Shown here one piece after another: positions 13,507-26,436 of a stretch of 64,000 bases of DNA. The stretch comes from Octopus sinensis (Eukaryota). The stretch covers positions 156,054,001-156,118,000 of the forward strand of contig NC_042998.1 in the NCBI RefSeq assembly GCF_006345805.1, written 5' to 3'. Position numbers and translations under genes: made by a program. Each line of letters opens with the position of its first letter. Within the stretch, counting starts at the first letter, position 1. The notes under the pieces are model-generated. The model was given only the letters and a program-made list of their open reading frames with translations. It was not told the DNA's origin and ran no database searches.

Positions 13507-14849
13507 GTATTTGAAGTTGTCTTCAGTTTTAATCAGGTTGTCTATTTCTGTTAGCTTATTGGTTATGTATATTTGGAAGTGTTTCTATCATTTTGTTGAA
13601 TGTACGTACTGATGGAATTCTGTAATCCTTGTTTCTCTTTCCTGCTAGAACTGATTGTTCTTAAAAGGTTGTGAATGTGCTTTTGCACATTTACAATGAT
13701 GGGAGTGTATAGTGTGTTGTGTTGTATTGTGATGATAATGGGTAAATGAACAAAGAGTTGGGCGACTGCAACAATTTCTAAAATTAACAATGAAATCGCT
13801 ATCAAATCACCAGCAATTTAATGGCGATTTCACTAATAATTGTAAAAGATCGAGATACCAAATTAGAAGTTTCTTCGTTTGTGGGAAATGTTTCTAGTTT
13901 CCATGGATAATTGTAAACTTTTTACCTGTATAAAATGAAGCGTTAGTTTTGTGATTCATAAATAAAAATGAATATCACGGCATAGTAAATAAAATCACTA
14001 TGGATGAGGGACTTATTTTGTCAGCATGCGCTTAATTGTAAGAAAAGTGTTCACAAATGAAGCAGATCAAGAAATTGCTGAAGTTTTACTGTCTGAAAAT
14101 AAAGTCTAAAGCACAATTAAAATGTATTCTAATATCAAGGATTAGAATTCTGCTTGAGGTAAAGGATTTACATTTTCTATGGCCTCTCACCAAAAGAATA
14201 ATGGGTAATTTTATGAAATAAAAGTACTTTTGTAGAATTATGGGACTTTTTGTAGAATTTTGTAGAACTATGAAGTAAGGAGGCTATCAAAAGAAAAAAT
14301 ATTTAAGTTTATGAACTATAGGACCGAAAATAATTGTTTGCCCAAAGAAACAGTTTTAGGCAAATCCTATCGTGAACTTTGGTTTGCACAATTAATTTAC
14401 CAGCGGAAATATTTTGGTTTTTGAACAAGCTAAATATCAGCATACATATTTATATTAACAGATAAGCTATTGTTGCTGAAAAAACTTAACAATATAAAAG
14501 ATATTTCTAGTCTTGTGACAGAAAATTGGGAAAAATTAAAGGACAACATCCAACATTAGTTCTCTTTGTTTCCATTATTAACTACCGAATGTACAAGATA
14601 TTTGCAATAACTAGAAAAAAAAAACACTATATAAGATAAAAGATGTCGAAATACTATTTGACGCATTCTGGATTTTATTTAACTAATCTAACTGGGCTCT
14701 AACAGTTTTTCATGCAATTTTCACAAATGAATTTTCAATAATCATGATCATCAAATACATAAAGAGGAAACGTTTCTGGATGTTGAATATACGTTTGTTA
14801 GAAATAAGACAAATAGCTCCAAAACACGAAGAAAGCAGTAAACAAATCA

Positions 14850-15400
14850 AACTGATTTTTGATTCCTGGAATGTCAGGACAATGTTGGATGTAACTAATT
14901 CTAGAAGATATAACGAAGGACTGCTATAGTTGATAGGTAACTGATGCACATATATCCTCGGTCAGAAACACGATTGAGAGGATAGAGAGAGTTAGAGTGA
15001 GAGGACAGAGTGCGAGAGAGAACATTGCTTACAGTGAAGCTTAGTGTTAGCCGAGCCATAGCGAATATTCTTGTCAGCAAATTAGTGCCACTTCCTGTTG
15101 TGACATTCAATAGGCTTCTGGTCAGGAAATCTGGACACTGTGAAGAATGAAACTTTAATCTTGGTTTATTAATCTCGAATATTCTTATGAGCAAACTAGG
15201 ACCACTTCCCATTGTTATCATTGAAAGAACTGTGATAGGCTAATGAAGGTTTCCTAACTGGAAATCGAAATTTAACTGTTTTAGTGTCCATATTCCTCCA
15301 GTATGGACACTAAAACAGTTAAACGTGTAGAATATAAAGGAGGAGTTCTAAGATATACCGTGTAGAAGGCTGGATGAAATGCTAACAACCAATCATCTGC
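14850..15400 (+). mobile_element. RTE-clade LINE endonuclease remnant, highly degenerate
   Basis: SWNVRTMLD, SETRL and FWSG-like motifs; internal duplication at about 15063 and 15179. Confidence 0.55.
15271..15323. repeat. Perfect 22-bp inverted repeat with 9-nt loop
   Basis: tttaactgttttagtgtccata (15271-15292) is the reverse complement of 15302-15323. Confidence 0.97.
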
Positions 15401-15559
15401 TTGTTTAATGGAACAGTAGAGAAGAATGACCAGATATGGACCAAATTTTATGCACTTTTGGAATAGGTATGAGGTAAACTGACTGGAAAATATGTATATG
15501 TCTTTCTTGTATGTTTTAACGGAGTATTTTAGAGAAATGCCTGATAAGTTAATATGCTG

Positions 15560-15960
15560 TTGTGCTGTGTAGGTATGGTTAGAGATTTAGTGTTGTAAGC
15601 AGTTAGATGATGAGGGGCCCATTAACCAAGTTTTGATACTTTCCTAGTTCATGAACGTGTTTTATGATCAAAGTGTTATTTGAATTGAACGGATAATTTT
15701 CGTGAAGTTTGCTTTGGATTTTCCTCAGCAATGGTGTTCACAGGCTCAATATTAATAGAATTTGGTTGTCCAGATCAATGGGAATCTGTGAGAGAAACAT
15801 TTCTCGAATGAAACTGGCCATGCCATCATTGGTATATCTAGAATCCTAAAGATTCATTCCCATAAAACGAATATTTCTTGCCGCTTCAATTGCTGAAGAA
15901 CCACATTTGAATTCATACAGTATGCACTGTCTGATATGAGTCTTAATCTGAACTGATTTT
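15560..15960 (-). mobile_element. Mariner transposase N-terminal remnant
   Basis: Minus strand THIRQCILYEFKCGSSAIEAARNI, then FSLTDSH*SGQP...AEENPKQTSRKL and a WVPH-like region. Confidence 0.65.
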
Positions 15961-17029
15961 AAAAGGGTAAAATTGATACGAATTTAACTAGAAAGAAATA
16001 TGTATTAGAATATAAAATTTAATGATTATTCTATTGTAAGTATTGAAAAAATACCCTCAAAATTATAATGTTAAACATGCAATCGGACTTATTATTCAAC
16101 TTCACATTTTACGTTTATTTTGGGGTTTATGCGAGGTACAAATGTATCCTTGTTTTCTATTGTTTTCGTTTGAAAACATAATATTCTGAATTAAATTTTA
16201 CAGTAAAAAATTTGTTCTTTCTTTGAATATGAATAGAGGAAAATGCTTTTTAAAATGTTTGAACTTGCTGTATTACATTTGCTATCACTTCCTTTGTTTT
16301 ATAGGTTAATTTATAAAAGTAAAGCTTATTACTTTCATTTAGTCATATAAAATATGATAAGGAGCCATTCTATACCAAGCAGAACTAGAACCAAAAGGAT
16401 ATTTTTGTCGTTTCATTTATTCATTTAAATTCATTAAAAATTTCATTTTGAAAGACTGAGGTTGATATAACAGAAGCTTTTATTTCCATTTTGCGACAAA
16501 AATTTATGGAATCGAGAGTGTATTCATAACGAATGTAAAATTGAAAATCACCGTTAACAGAAAAAAATCCCCCGCTTCCTGTGAATCGAATAATTTAATA
16601 TTTTCCTTTATTTAATTTTATTACATCTATTTGTTCATTGTTTTACCCTACGGTATTACTCAGCAAAGAACTTGCCTCTAGTCTTCTTTTTCTAATCAGT
16701 GGAATGATAAAATCTAATTTTGATTCGTTGAATTATATTTAAAAAAAAAGAAAAGAATCACTTGGAAATAATTCGTGGCTCACGTTTTAAAATACTTCCT
16801 TTACAATATCATCGATCAGCACACTTTTCTTACAAATTGAAACACGTGAGTTTTGATTTATCCAATATAATATCTGAGAATATAATGATCCTGAAGTCAT
16901 TTTCTCGACTGAAAAATTATGCTTCACTGAAATGATTAGATCTTTAATTGTAAAGGCTGAAGCATTTTATGAGAACATAATGAGGTTTTATTTTTCTTAG
17001 AAATATTCCACAACCCAGAAACCTCCGCC

Positions 17030-17620
17030 TTTTTGATTTTGCGTGTCGCACGCACAATGCAGGTCTTCAAACTGTTGACACACGAGTGTGGTGAAGCATT
17101 GGTCTTTGCTTGAAGTACACTCCAACAAAAGTAATCGAGAAGGTTGAGATTTGGACCTCACAAAAACTGTTGGCCCTCACAAAAAATGGCACCTTCTTAC
17201 CAAGGAAAGCCTGTGTTGCTTTTGACCCATGGCATGGTGCAGAATCCTGGATAAGTACCATATTGTCAAACCCAAATTTCTGCTCCTTCCAAGGTAACAG
17301 AGTTCTTCACGATGTCCAGACTCAATGAAGCGTGGACCCATGACACTTCCATCACTCGCCACGGCTCCAAATACTATCACAGAGGTAGGATTCTTAGTAT
17401 TAAACACAGTGGGACGTCAGAAAAGTTGTATGCAATCACTCAAGAACTTCATCCTAGCATCAACAGTGAACTTCTCCACAAACACTAGAGATTTTCCTGC
17501 CTGATGAATGACAGAAGCTTTGGGCATCTCTCGGCTCTGTTTGCTTTGGCCTTGTTAGGAAATAACGGCGTCGTCGAACATAGCTAGTCATGATAAGGTT
17601 CCTGTTCACAACTCTGGACA
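17030..17620 (-). mobile_element. Tc1/mariner (DD37D maT-like) transposase remnant
   Basis: EKFTVDA, TKNPTSVIVFGAVASDG, QDSAPCHGSKATQAFL; frameshifted. Confidence 0.8.
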
Positions 17621-17629
17621 AAATAGGCT

Positions 17630-17727
17630 TTAAAGAAATATGTACTGGAGTTGATACGTTCGACTACATCTTTCAAGACGATGCGACGGCATGGCTGCAG
17701 TTCAATGACTGAAACAAGTAAAAGATT
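17630..17727 (+). mobile_element. SINE 3' tail fragment
   Basis: gcatggctgcagttcaatgactgaaacaagtaaaaga; shared with other SINE copies here and with the LINE end at 4456-4520. Confidence 0.75.
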
Positions 17728-18434
17728 ATGTATGTAGAATAGTTGTGACACTAACAATTTTTTGAATTGTTATGAATCTAAAGCTAATTGCAACTCTAAA
17801 GGAAATAAAACGAAAGGAATTGGAAGGATGCATTTTAAATGATCGAAGGAGAAACTAAGGAGAGGCAATGATATGAATATGGTTGAAATAAGTAGCTAGG
17901 GCTAAGCGATTATTTATTACGTATTAAAGAACTGAATTATTTGATGGAAATTTAAATCTAACGACCAATATGTAATTATTATACAAAATAAATTACAAAA
18001 TCCCTAAAGGAAATTAATCGAGGGAATAGGTTTTTGTAATTGAATTGTATTGATATTTTCCTTTACTGACTTAGCAGTGACGTAGCAGATGCCAATAGAA
18101 AATTATTTTGTAATGCTAAAAAATAGAAACTATTGAATAGGTGGCTTTTCTAAAAGCATTATGTGTAAAATGCTGTGTTTAGAAAATCAAAGCAGGCAGA
18201 AATGTAAAAAATCTAAAACTACTGAATTGTCTACTGAGTAGAAGATGCAATAATGTAATTCTCAAAAGAATACGGCTGCTAAGTTTAATATAGTAGACTC
18301 TACAATACAAACTTAGATTCTTTAAAGCGCATGAAAGTATCACGTGATAGTTGAATTCAGATTCTGTAAAGTATTAAAGTATTTCACTGGTAAATACTTT
18401 TTGATATGAATAAACAATTATAATTAAATCGACG

Positions 18435-18435
<1 letters not shown>

Positions 18436-18509
<74 letters not shown>

Positions 18510-18511
18510 GA

Positions 18512-18543
<32 letters not shown>

Positions 18544-18553
18544 TCTCTCTCAC
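18436..18553. repeat. (CTAT)n followed by (CT)n microsatellite
   Basis: Seen directly. Confidence 0.95.
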
Positions 18554-18909
18554 TGATGATTTAAAAAATGAACAGTATTCGCCTTATTTCACAGATTACG
18601 TCAATGTCACAAAGATGGAAGGATGCGATAAAAATAGATCATTAAGTTCAACTAGTGGATTAAGACTGTATTCATGTTCAGATAACAATAAAACTTAATG
18701 GGCTGCATAGAGAAATTTGCTTTTATGATTGGAATTATGTGGTTGATCTATTAAAGATTAAGTGTTAAGCAAGTAATGTCATTAATAGTTGTCAGCGGTT
18801 GATTACATAACAGTAGAACAAGTAGTTTCTGTTAGAAGTTTTTGTAATTTGGCTTAAGAGTCGAGTATTCGCGAAAATTACATAATACACGAATAAAGTC
18901 TATCTAGAT

Positions 18910-21496
18910 CAGTGGTTCCCAAATTGTACGCCACGGCGCCTCAAGATGTAATTAGTTGCGCCTCTAAAAAGTAAGATTATATTTCAAAATATGAAAAATA
19001 TAAACCGAAATTCACTAGAAAGTTCATATATAAATGTCAAATACTAAGTTCTAAGCTAAGAATGAGAGGTAGTTGTGTCATTCAATACATTTAGGCTAAT
19101 TATGGTATGGCAATGTTATTCAATTTTTGAATCAGAAATTTTTTAAGGATAAGAACTAAATTAGCATCAATCTATCCTCAAAATTGACGTCTTATGAACA
19201 TATTCAATACACGATTATGTTTCAGTTTATTTCGGTTTTCATTTCAATAATTTGTTTTCATTTTTCATTGCAGTTTTCATTTCAATAATAAATATGAGAA
19301 ATAAGCTATTGAACTAAAATATCCGATGTTGAACTAAATCTTTTAATACGTCCTCACGTATCGCGGCTCTATTTCAATTTTTTCATTCATATAGTGGCGA
19401 GAATTTTCATATTTTCGATTAATTTTGAAAGGCTTCCCAAAAGAGTCCGATAAAACCTGACACGCTGCCACTTTTCACAGCTCACTGGCCACTTGTCTCA
19501 GTCTCAGTTTGATGCTGTTAGCTATCTGTACTCTTTGTGCGAGACAATTCATAATCAACAGACTAAATTACCCATAAAATGGGAAAGTTTATTAAGAGGG
19601 AACATAACCGTCAAAAGCAATTAAGCATTGTGATAATAATGCGAAAGCATGACCCAGTCGTAAATATTGCAATAGCTTTTTAAAGTTTGGGTTTCATTGG
19701 ACTGGCAACGAGGATCAACCTCTTCCGCTGTGTGGTGTTTGTGGTGAAAAGACGTCTAACGAAGGCATGTTGCCCAGCAAGTTGAAAGACATTTTACAAC
19801 TAAACACTCACATCTTCATTGTAAAGATCTGAATTATTTCCAAAGACTGCTAAAACAGCAATCTAAACAAAGAGACTATTTTGAAAAAGGATTCATGATT
19901 CTGAAAAGGCTCAAGTCGTATCTATTGAGATAATCGAAATGGTTGCACTACAAACGAAATCGCATACTTTAGCCGAGTCGATTATCTTACCTGTAGAAAG
20001 ACGGTTAAAACCATATTAGGTAATGAAGTCGAGTAAGAAATAAGCAAGATTCCGCTCTCAAACAATACAATCCATAAGAGAATTATGGATGTATCTGCTG
20101 ATATAGAAGAAAATGTACAAAACAAAATTTCAGAACTCAGAATTTGCTCTACAGGTTGACGAATCAACTGACATTAGCAACAAAGCACAATTACTTACAT
20201 TTATTCACTTTATTGATGGTAACCAAATCATAAATTTGTTCTTTTGTTGCGAACAAATGCCACTCACTACAAGAGGTCAAGATATTTTTGACATTTTATC
20301 TGCCTACCTCGAAAAATGGAATTTATCCTAGAATTCATGTGTTGGAACATGTACCGATGGGGTACATATTCTATGATAGGCTCTATTAAAGGTTTTGTAT
20401 CACTCGTACAGCAGCAAAATCCTAATGTTATACGTACTCGTTGATCCCTACATAGGGAGGCATCAGTTTCAAAAACAATACCAGTTGAGCTAAAGCAAGT
20501 ATTAAATGGTTAATTATATTAAAAGTAGGCCGTTGAAATGTCGCTTATTTGAACAAATTTGTGTTGATTTAGATTCCCAGCACAAGCGCTTACTTTTACA
20601 CACAAAATTCAGATGGTGCTACGTCGCACACATGAACTCCAGAAGCAATTGCCTGCATTTTTTAAAGAAGAAAAACATGACCGCTTCTTGGAATATCTAC
20701 AATATGAAATTTTGGTTTCCAAGCTGGAATATTTAACAAAGATATCTGCGCAACTTAATAGCGCCAACACAAGTATGGAAGGTAGAGATGAAAACATTCT
20801 CACTTCGACATATAAGCTGGTTTCCTTTGAAATGAAAGTTATAATTTGGAAAAATAGAGCTGAAAGTGGTAACTTCGAAATATTTTCCTTAATACGTAAA
20901 AGCTGCATAAAAGAAATTACTCCTATTGTACTTAACATTTGACAGATCTAGAAGAAAAATTATACTTTTATTTTCCGTCATTGAACACAGAAGAGTATGA
21001 TTGTGTTCGAAATTGCTTCATAAAAATTCCATCCAATATTGGTCTGAAAATATGTGGAGAAGAGGAATTGGCATCTATACCTAGTGAGTGCGAACTTAAA
21101 ACTCAAGTATGTGATTGCTATTATAGGAGTAGCAAAAAAAAAAGCTTTATCCGTTTTGATGCAATTTTCCACATCGCATTTATGTGAGTTGGGATTTTCA
21201 AAAAAAAAAAAAAAAAAAAAAAAAAGAGGCACCGTTGCATCGAAAAAAATTAGGGTTTGTGTTTCTCAAATACGTCCCAATATTGAAAATATGAAGTGCA
21301 TGTTTCTCATTGATAACTTTGCTTCATATATTCAATAAAGAGCAAGTACATGTGATTTTTCTGTATTTTAATAAATATACTATATTTATTAAAATCATAG
21401 TCTATGTTAATGTGTATAAAACCCCTTTTGAATAAATTTTAGAATTTATGTACAAAGTAAGGTCCGCTGTGAGTAAGAAAAGTTTGGGAACCACTG
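18910..21496 (+). mobile_element. Full-length hAT (Charlie/Buster) DNA transposon, 2587 bp
   Basis: Perfect 14-bp TIRs cagtggttcccaaa (18910) / tttgggaaccactg (21483-21496); flanks atctagat and ttctaaat (6/8 identical, NTCTAGAN-type TSD). Confidence 0.92.
19580..21260 (+). pseudogene. hAT transposase (ZBED5/SCAND3-like), disrupted
   Basis: PLCGVCGEK...PSKLK (BED-like), FALQVDESTDIS, CTDG, NYIKSRPLKCRLF; many stops and frameshifts. Confidence 0.88.
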
Positions 21497-21564
21497 TTCT
21501 AAATTGCAAGAGTTGAGAAACATTAGCAAAATAAAAAGGAAAATACATGAGATATATATATATA

Positions 21565-21745
21565 TTCTATTTCTTGCTTCATTTATTGGACTAAAGCCAT
21601 GCTGGGTTACTACTTCACAGGGTTTAAACTATCAAATCGACTCCAGTACTTATTTTAAGTCTTGTACATATTTTATCATCTCATTTGCTGAACCTCTAAG
21701 TCACGTGTATATAAACAAGCTAACACCGGTTTTCAAGCGGAGAGA
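21565..21745 (-). mobile_element. SINE core and tail fragment
   Basis: Minus strand ...ggtgttagcttgtttata...aagtactggagtcgattt...cccagcatggc...gaagcaagaaatagaa. Confidence 0.7.
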
Positions 21746-22485
21746 GACAATCACAAAAACAAAGTATCGTGCACACACATACACACAAATGCGCATATAC
21801 GTATTCGCACATACACATACACATACATAAAAGACATTTCCGTACACTTTCCGTACTGTTTACTTATTTACTTACAAAATATTGGGCCTAATGCAGGTGT
21901 GTTTCTAACAGGAAAATACACACAGACATACGTACACACAAATGCACTCGTATGTGTATCTACAATGTTATTCGTTTGAATTCTTTTAGCTGTGAAGATT
22001 GAAAGTGATGAAAACATGCTACTCTTAAGTAAACAGAAAAATAATTGGGAATATTCTTACGGATCTGTTTCAGGATAGTTTTGTTTACTTTGGGGAACAA
22101 TAGGATGTATTCACGTTATCTCAGTCTTCGAAGCTTTAATAATTAAATACAGAGTTGTCTATATTGTACTTGATTCAGATATCTAGAAGTACAATTTGCC
22201 CTATATAAGTATATTTAATTTATGACATAGACAAACAACATGTTATATACAAATCAAGCTGGTTAATGAAGTATCCTGATAAGCTGCTTTTATACAGAGG
22301 GATTTAGATTCAAAGTCCTCTGGGTGGATGGGTAGTATACTTTTTCTAAAGAAGAATAATAGTTATGAAACAGACCTCAAAGAAGGTTTTTAATTCTGTT
22401 TTTTGCTGACTTAAGTGAAGAATAAGGCTCTCCAATAAGTAAGCGAAGGGTTATCTATGACATACATGTTGTTATGTATATATAT

Positions 22486-22535
<50 letters not shown>

Positions 22536-22550
22536 TATTTAGGTTTATAT

Positions 22551-22793
22551 AATTCAGCTTGCCGGAGCCTTCTAAAAGGTAAAAAAAATGGAAGAATTCA
22601 GTCATTTTACTACAGATGTCAAGCACTCAACTCAACTGTCAGTCAATACATTTTGAAAACTGATAATTACTAAGAACATATGAAAGCGCTAATTGAACTT
22701 TTTGGACATTACAAAATATCTTTTAATGTTTAACACATTTCAATATTTTAAATGTTTTTAAATACAATAATATAAAACGTGAAAACCAGACTA

Positions 22794-22824
<31 letters not shown>

Positions 22825-23294
22825 GTATACATATAAGAAAATAAGAAAATGGAGAAATACATCTTAATCAATAATCAACTACCAGATAATACCCAATCAC
22901 ATAATTTATTAAACCACTACATATGAACATTAAGGTCAAACATAATAATATAGAACAAAACAATGTACATCAATGAGTAATATGATACAATAAGTACAGT
23001 ATGTATAAGTGAATATAAATAAATAAATACAAATATAAATATAAACTACATCTTACAGCTGTTTCAGCCATGCAGATATGGGTGCCTCATTATGCTCATA
23101 TTAGCCATGTGTGATAGGTTAATAAGTAGTTATACATGAGACACTTACAAAAATATCCCAAGGTCTCTTCAGAGATTATGAAGTAGAAACTAAATTAAAT
23201 ATGAAAATCAGAGGAGGTACACCCATACAAGAGTGGGTATATACCCATAATATATAATATACACATATATATGAGTGCATATACCCATACTCCT

Positions 23295-23347
<53 letters not shown>

Positions 23348-23996
23348 ATTATAATATACAGCAATATAATACATATGTTCTATATTCAAGGTTACAGTTG
23401 GTCAAAACAATATATTAGAATATTACAATATAGAAACATACACATATCTATATTCAAATGCAGATATACAAAGTCAAGAGTTCATTATATTAAGTTACAA
23501 AATGCCATTAATATTACACTCATTACTATTACCATTGCCACTATTGCTACTAATATCATTATTATTATTATTAATATCATTAATACCAGCAAAACAATAT
23601 ATGTATCACGCGGTTAGCAAAATAATAGCACAACAACAACAATAATACAGTACCATGCAAAGCATTATAAATCGGCAAATACATATAAAAGGAAAAATTA
23701 AAAACATTGATTTACATCATAGAAAATTCCACAGGTGCACAAGCGTATATACGGACTGTGATATGTGTAAATTTTATTATTGTATTTAAAAAAAATTTAA
23801 ATGTTTAAATGTGTTAAACATTAAAAAAAATATTTTGTAATGTCCAAAAAGTTCAATTAGCGCTTTCATATGTTCTTAGTAATCATCAGATTTCAAAATG
23901 TATTGACTGACAGTTGAGTTGAGTGCTTGGCATCTGTAGTAAGATGACTAAATTCTTCCTTTTTGTACCTTTTAGAAGGCTCCGACAAGCTGAATT
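22551..23996. repeat. Inverted repeat pair, arms 22551-22778 and 23772-23996; a third diverged partial copy at about 24585-24780
   Basis: aattcagcttgccggagccttctaaaagg...aaatacaata is mirrored on the opposite strand. Confidence 0.9.
23050..23176 (-). ncRNA. Type I hammerhead candidate with long stem II insert
   Basis: ATCT-CTGAAGA-gacc...ggct-GAAA-C-AGCT-G-T-A-AGAT; stem II base imperfect. Confidence 0.6.
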
Positions 23997-24359
23997 TTTC
24001 GAATACGATTTTGACCAATCAGCATGCACCTTAAACATCACAGTTTGCTGGGCACACCGATATTACTGGCATTGATCCCACCTTCATTTTAACAAATTAG
24101 CTTGCAGTTTACATGTAATGGTTTTATGAGTGAGCAAACTTAATTGGTTTCGATTGTTTTTATTTCAATCGGTGGGAGTCTTCTGTAATTTGTTTATACA
24201 ACATCCTTAAATCCTTAAAAATGTTTTAGCCCGAAGGCCGCGGCCATGCTGGGGCAACATATAAATATTAAAGATATTTTTTAATCTACATCATTAACTG
24301 GTTGTTATATTATTGTTGTTATTTCCGTTCAAGACAGGCTTGAACATTTTAATAAAACG

Positions 24360-24590
24360 TTTTTATTTTATTTTCCTTCCAACCTCATTTGTGTCGTGTA
24401 GTTTGTGGAAAGGAAAAGTTAGAAACATTCTCTGGCCACATGCTTCGATATAGAATTTGGCAAACATTTGTTGTCTGTGAACTCGTGAGCGTTCCGATAA
24501 TACATTACCTCTCTTGCCAATATTTAGTTCCTCGTAATTAGGACATTTAATCCAGTAGATCAAATTTCTGCCTTCGCAGTTCATATCTGC
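24360..24590 (-). pseudogene. Penelope-like GIY-YIG endonuclease fragment
   Basis: NCEGRNLIYWIKCPNYEELNIGKRGNVLSERSRVHRQQ...FPFHKL. Confidence 0.75.
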
Positions 24591-24814
24591 ATTTCAACTC
24601 AATTGTCAGTCAATAGATTTTGAAATCTAATGACTATTGCGAGCACATAAAAGCGGTAATTGAACTTTATGAACATTAGAAAATATTATTTTTAATGTTT
24701 AACGCACTTCAACATTGCAACAACTTTTTTTAAACACAATAATACAAAACGTGGAAACTACACCATGTTGTAACTTTATTCAACTGATATATTATTTTAT
24801 ACACATTTATACGA

Positions 24815-25016
24815 ATTCGGACGCCTGTGTACCGTTGGCGATTTTTTTTTCTTCTGTCTTCCCTTCTCTGGATCTTTCCTTCTCCTATGTTTCCGACGAA
24901 GAGCTCCGCTCGAAACATTAAACCCTCCTTCTTTCCTTCTTTCCTGAGCGTCCAATAATACTATATTTGTTCCACGTCCTCGCGTTGTTGTGTTTTTTGT
25001 GCTTTCTTGTTTGGAT

Positions 25017-25020
<4 letters not shown>
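24815..25020 (+). repeat. Interspersed repeat with hammerhead-like core (second copy at about 33070-33290)
   Basis: ccgacga-a-gagc-tcc-gctc-gaaac...gagcgtc; the 33153 copy has the canonical ctgacga. Confidence 0.7.
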
Positions 25021-25066
<46 letters not shown>

Positions 25067-25193
25067 TCAGCAAAATTTAGATTCAGATGAATATGGTACT
25101 TAAGTTAAAGGCACCAGAATTTTGTATGGTATTATCCCTATAAATCAAATGGGTGATTATAATCAAAATAAGCAACCAGTATATCCAAGGTAG

Positions 25194-25281
25194 AGTAGTA
25201 CAATTGTTTCATGCTACTTCATTTTATTAAACATTGTAAGTATTACATCAGTTTTAAAATGTCAAGCAATCTTCAGCCACT
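25194..25281 (-). ncRNA. Type I hammerhead, minus copy (duplicated at 26568-26655)
   Basis: AGTGG-CTGAAGA-ttgc...gcat-GAAA-C-AATT-G-T-A-CTACT. Confidence 0.7.
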
Positions 25282-25491
25282 TATAGAATTTTCCAATTAA
25301 ACGGACAATGCACATTCTTAACCCTATTTCATTTGCCAACATTATAAAGAGGGTAGATATATAGACAGAGAGGTTGATTTCATTCTTAAGAACATGATAG
25401 TAGTATGTTCACTTTCTGACTGTCTTTATAATGTTGGCAAATGAAATAGGGATAAGAATGTGCATTGTCCGTTTAATTGGAAAATTCTATA

Positions 25492-25579
25492 AGTGGCTGA
25501 AGATTGCTCGACATTTTAAAACTGATGTAATACTTACAATGTTTAATAAAATGAAGTAGCATGAAACAATTGTACTACT
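25492..25579 (+). ncRNA. Type I hammerhead, plus copy (duplicated at 26866-26953)
   Basis: CTGAAGA 25497-25503; GAAA 25563-25566; palindromic CAATTG stem III; GTA site at 25572-25574. Confidence 0.7.
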
Positions 25580-25620
25580 CTACCTTGGATATACTTGTTG
25601 CTTATTTGGATATATATATA

Positions 25621-25659
25621 CTAGCATTATAACCCGGCGTTGCCGGGTCAGAGTGCTAG
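25621..25659. terminator. Symmetric Helitron-type 3' end (hairpin plus CTAG on both strands)
   Basis: ctag-cattataa-cccggcgttgccggg-tcagagtg-ctag; duplicated at 26995-27033. Confidence 0.55.
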
Positions 25660-26376
25660 TGCATGTATATATGTGTATATATATATGTGTACATATTACA
25701 TGTACATATATATATATACATCTACACATAAAATACAAAATACAAAGTTATATCTTAATATCGCTAGTGATAACAATACTCAAAATATATAACAGACTGG
25801 AATTGTAGGCCCGTCTCTTGCAATTTCGATCAATTGTATCTTGTCCTCCCTCTTGTATAGAAGTGTGGCTACAATCCAACCTACCTCTACTTTTAGGGGG
25901 ACATTTTAAATTTTTATCCGGGACGTCCTACGTCCCAAATATAAAGGTAAAAATAAAATATTTCCACTTTGCAAGGTTCGAGTCGAGTACTCCCTTGCAC
26001 GCTCCGTTGACTCGAACCTTGCTTCTATTGTGGTGAATAGAAATTCTCCAGCCCATTTGAGACACGTGCGATTTGAGTGAGAGAGTCCGGAAGTGAACAC
26101 TATTAAATTTATATTTAATGTAGGATAAAATTTTTTCGAAAAAGATTTTTATCAATGGCCAGCATATTAAAAAATACCTTAAAAGGTTAAATTTATAAAC
26201 AACTTATAAATAAGTATATCTATTAGCTTCAAAACCAAACATAATCTCTAATAGCTGTTTCGATGCGTACCTTAAAGATTATAATGGTATTGAATCTCGT
26301 CAGAGGCAAAAAATAGATATACCAATATATTATTAGGTGTTAAGTACACGGAACATTACAGCAAACTGAGTGCTCA

Positions 26377-26436
<60 letters not shown>

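Noticed and set aside
25971-26022. 14-bp perfect hairpin as a structured RNA
   Set aside because: 24-nt loop with no recognisable motif, and short inverted repeats are common here; not enough support.
26248-26307. Active hammerhead (also 27621-27680)
   Set aside because: CTGACGA and GAAAC are present, but stem III has a C.A mismatch and stem I is only 2 bp; counted as decayed.
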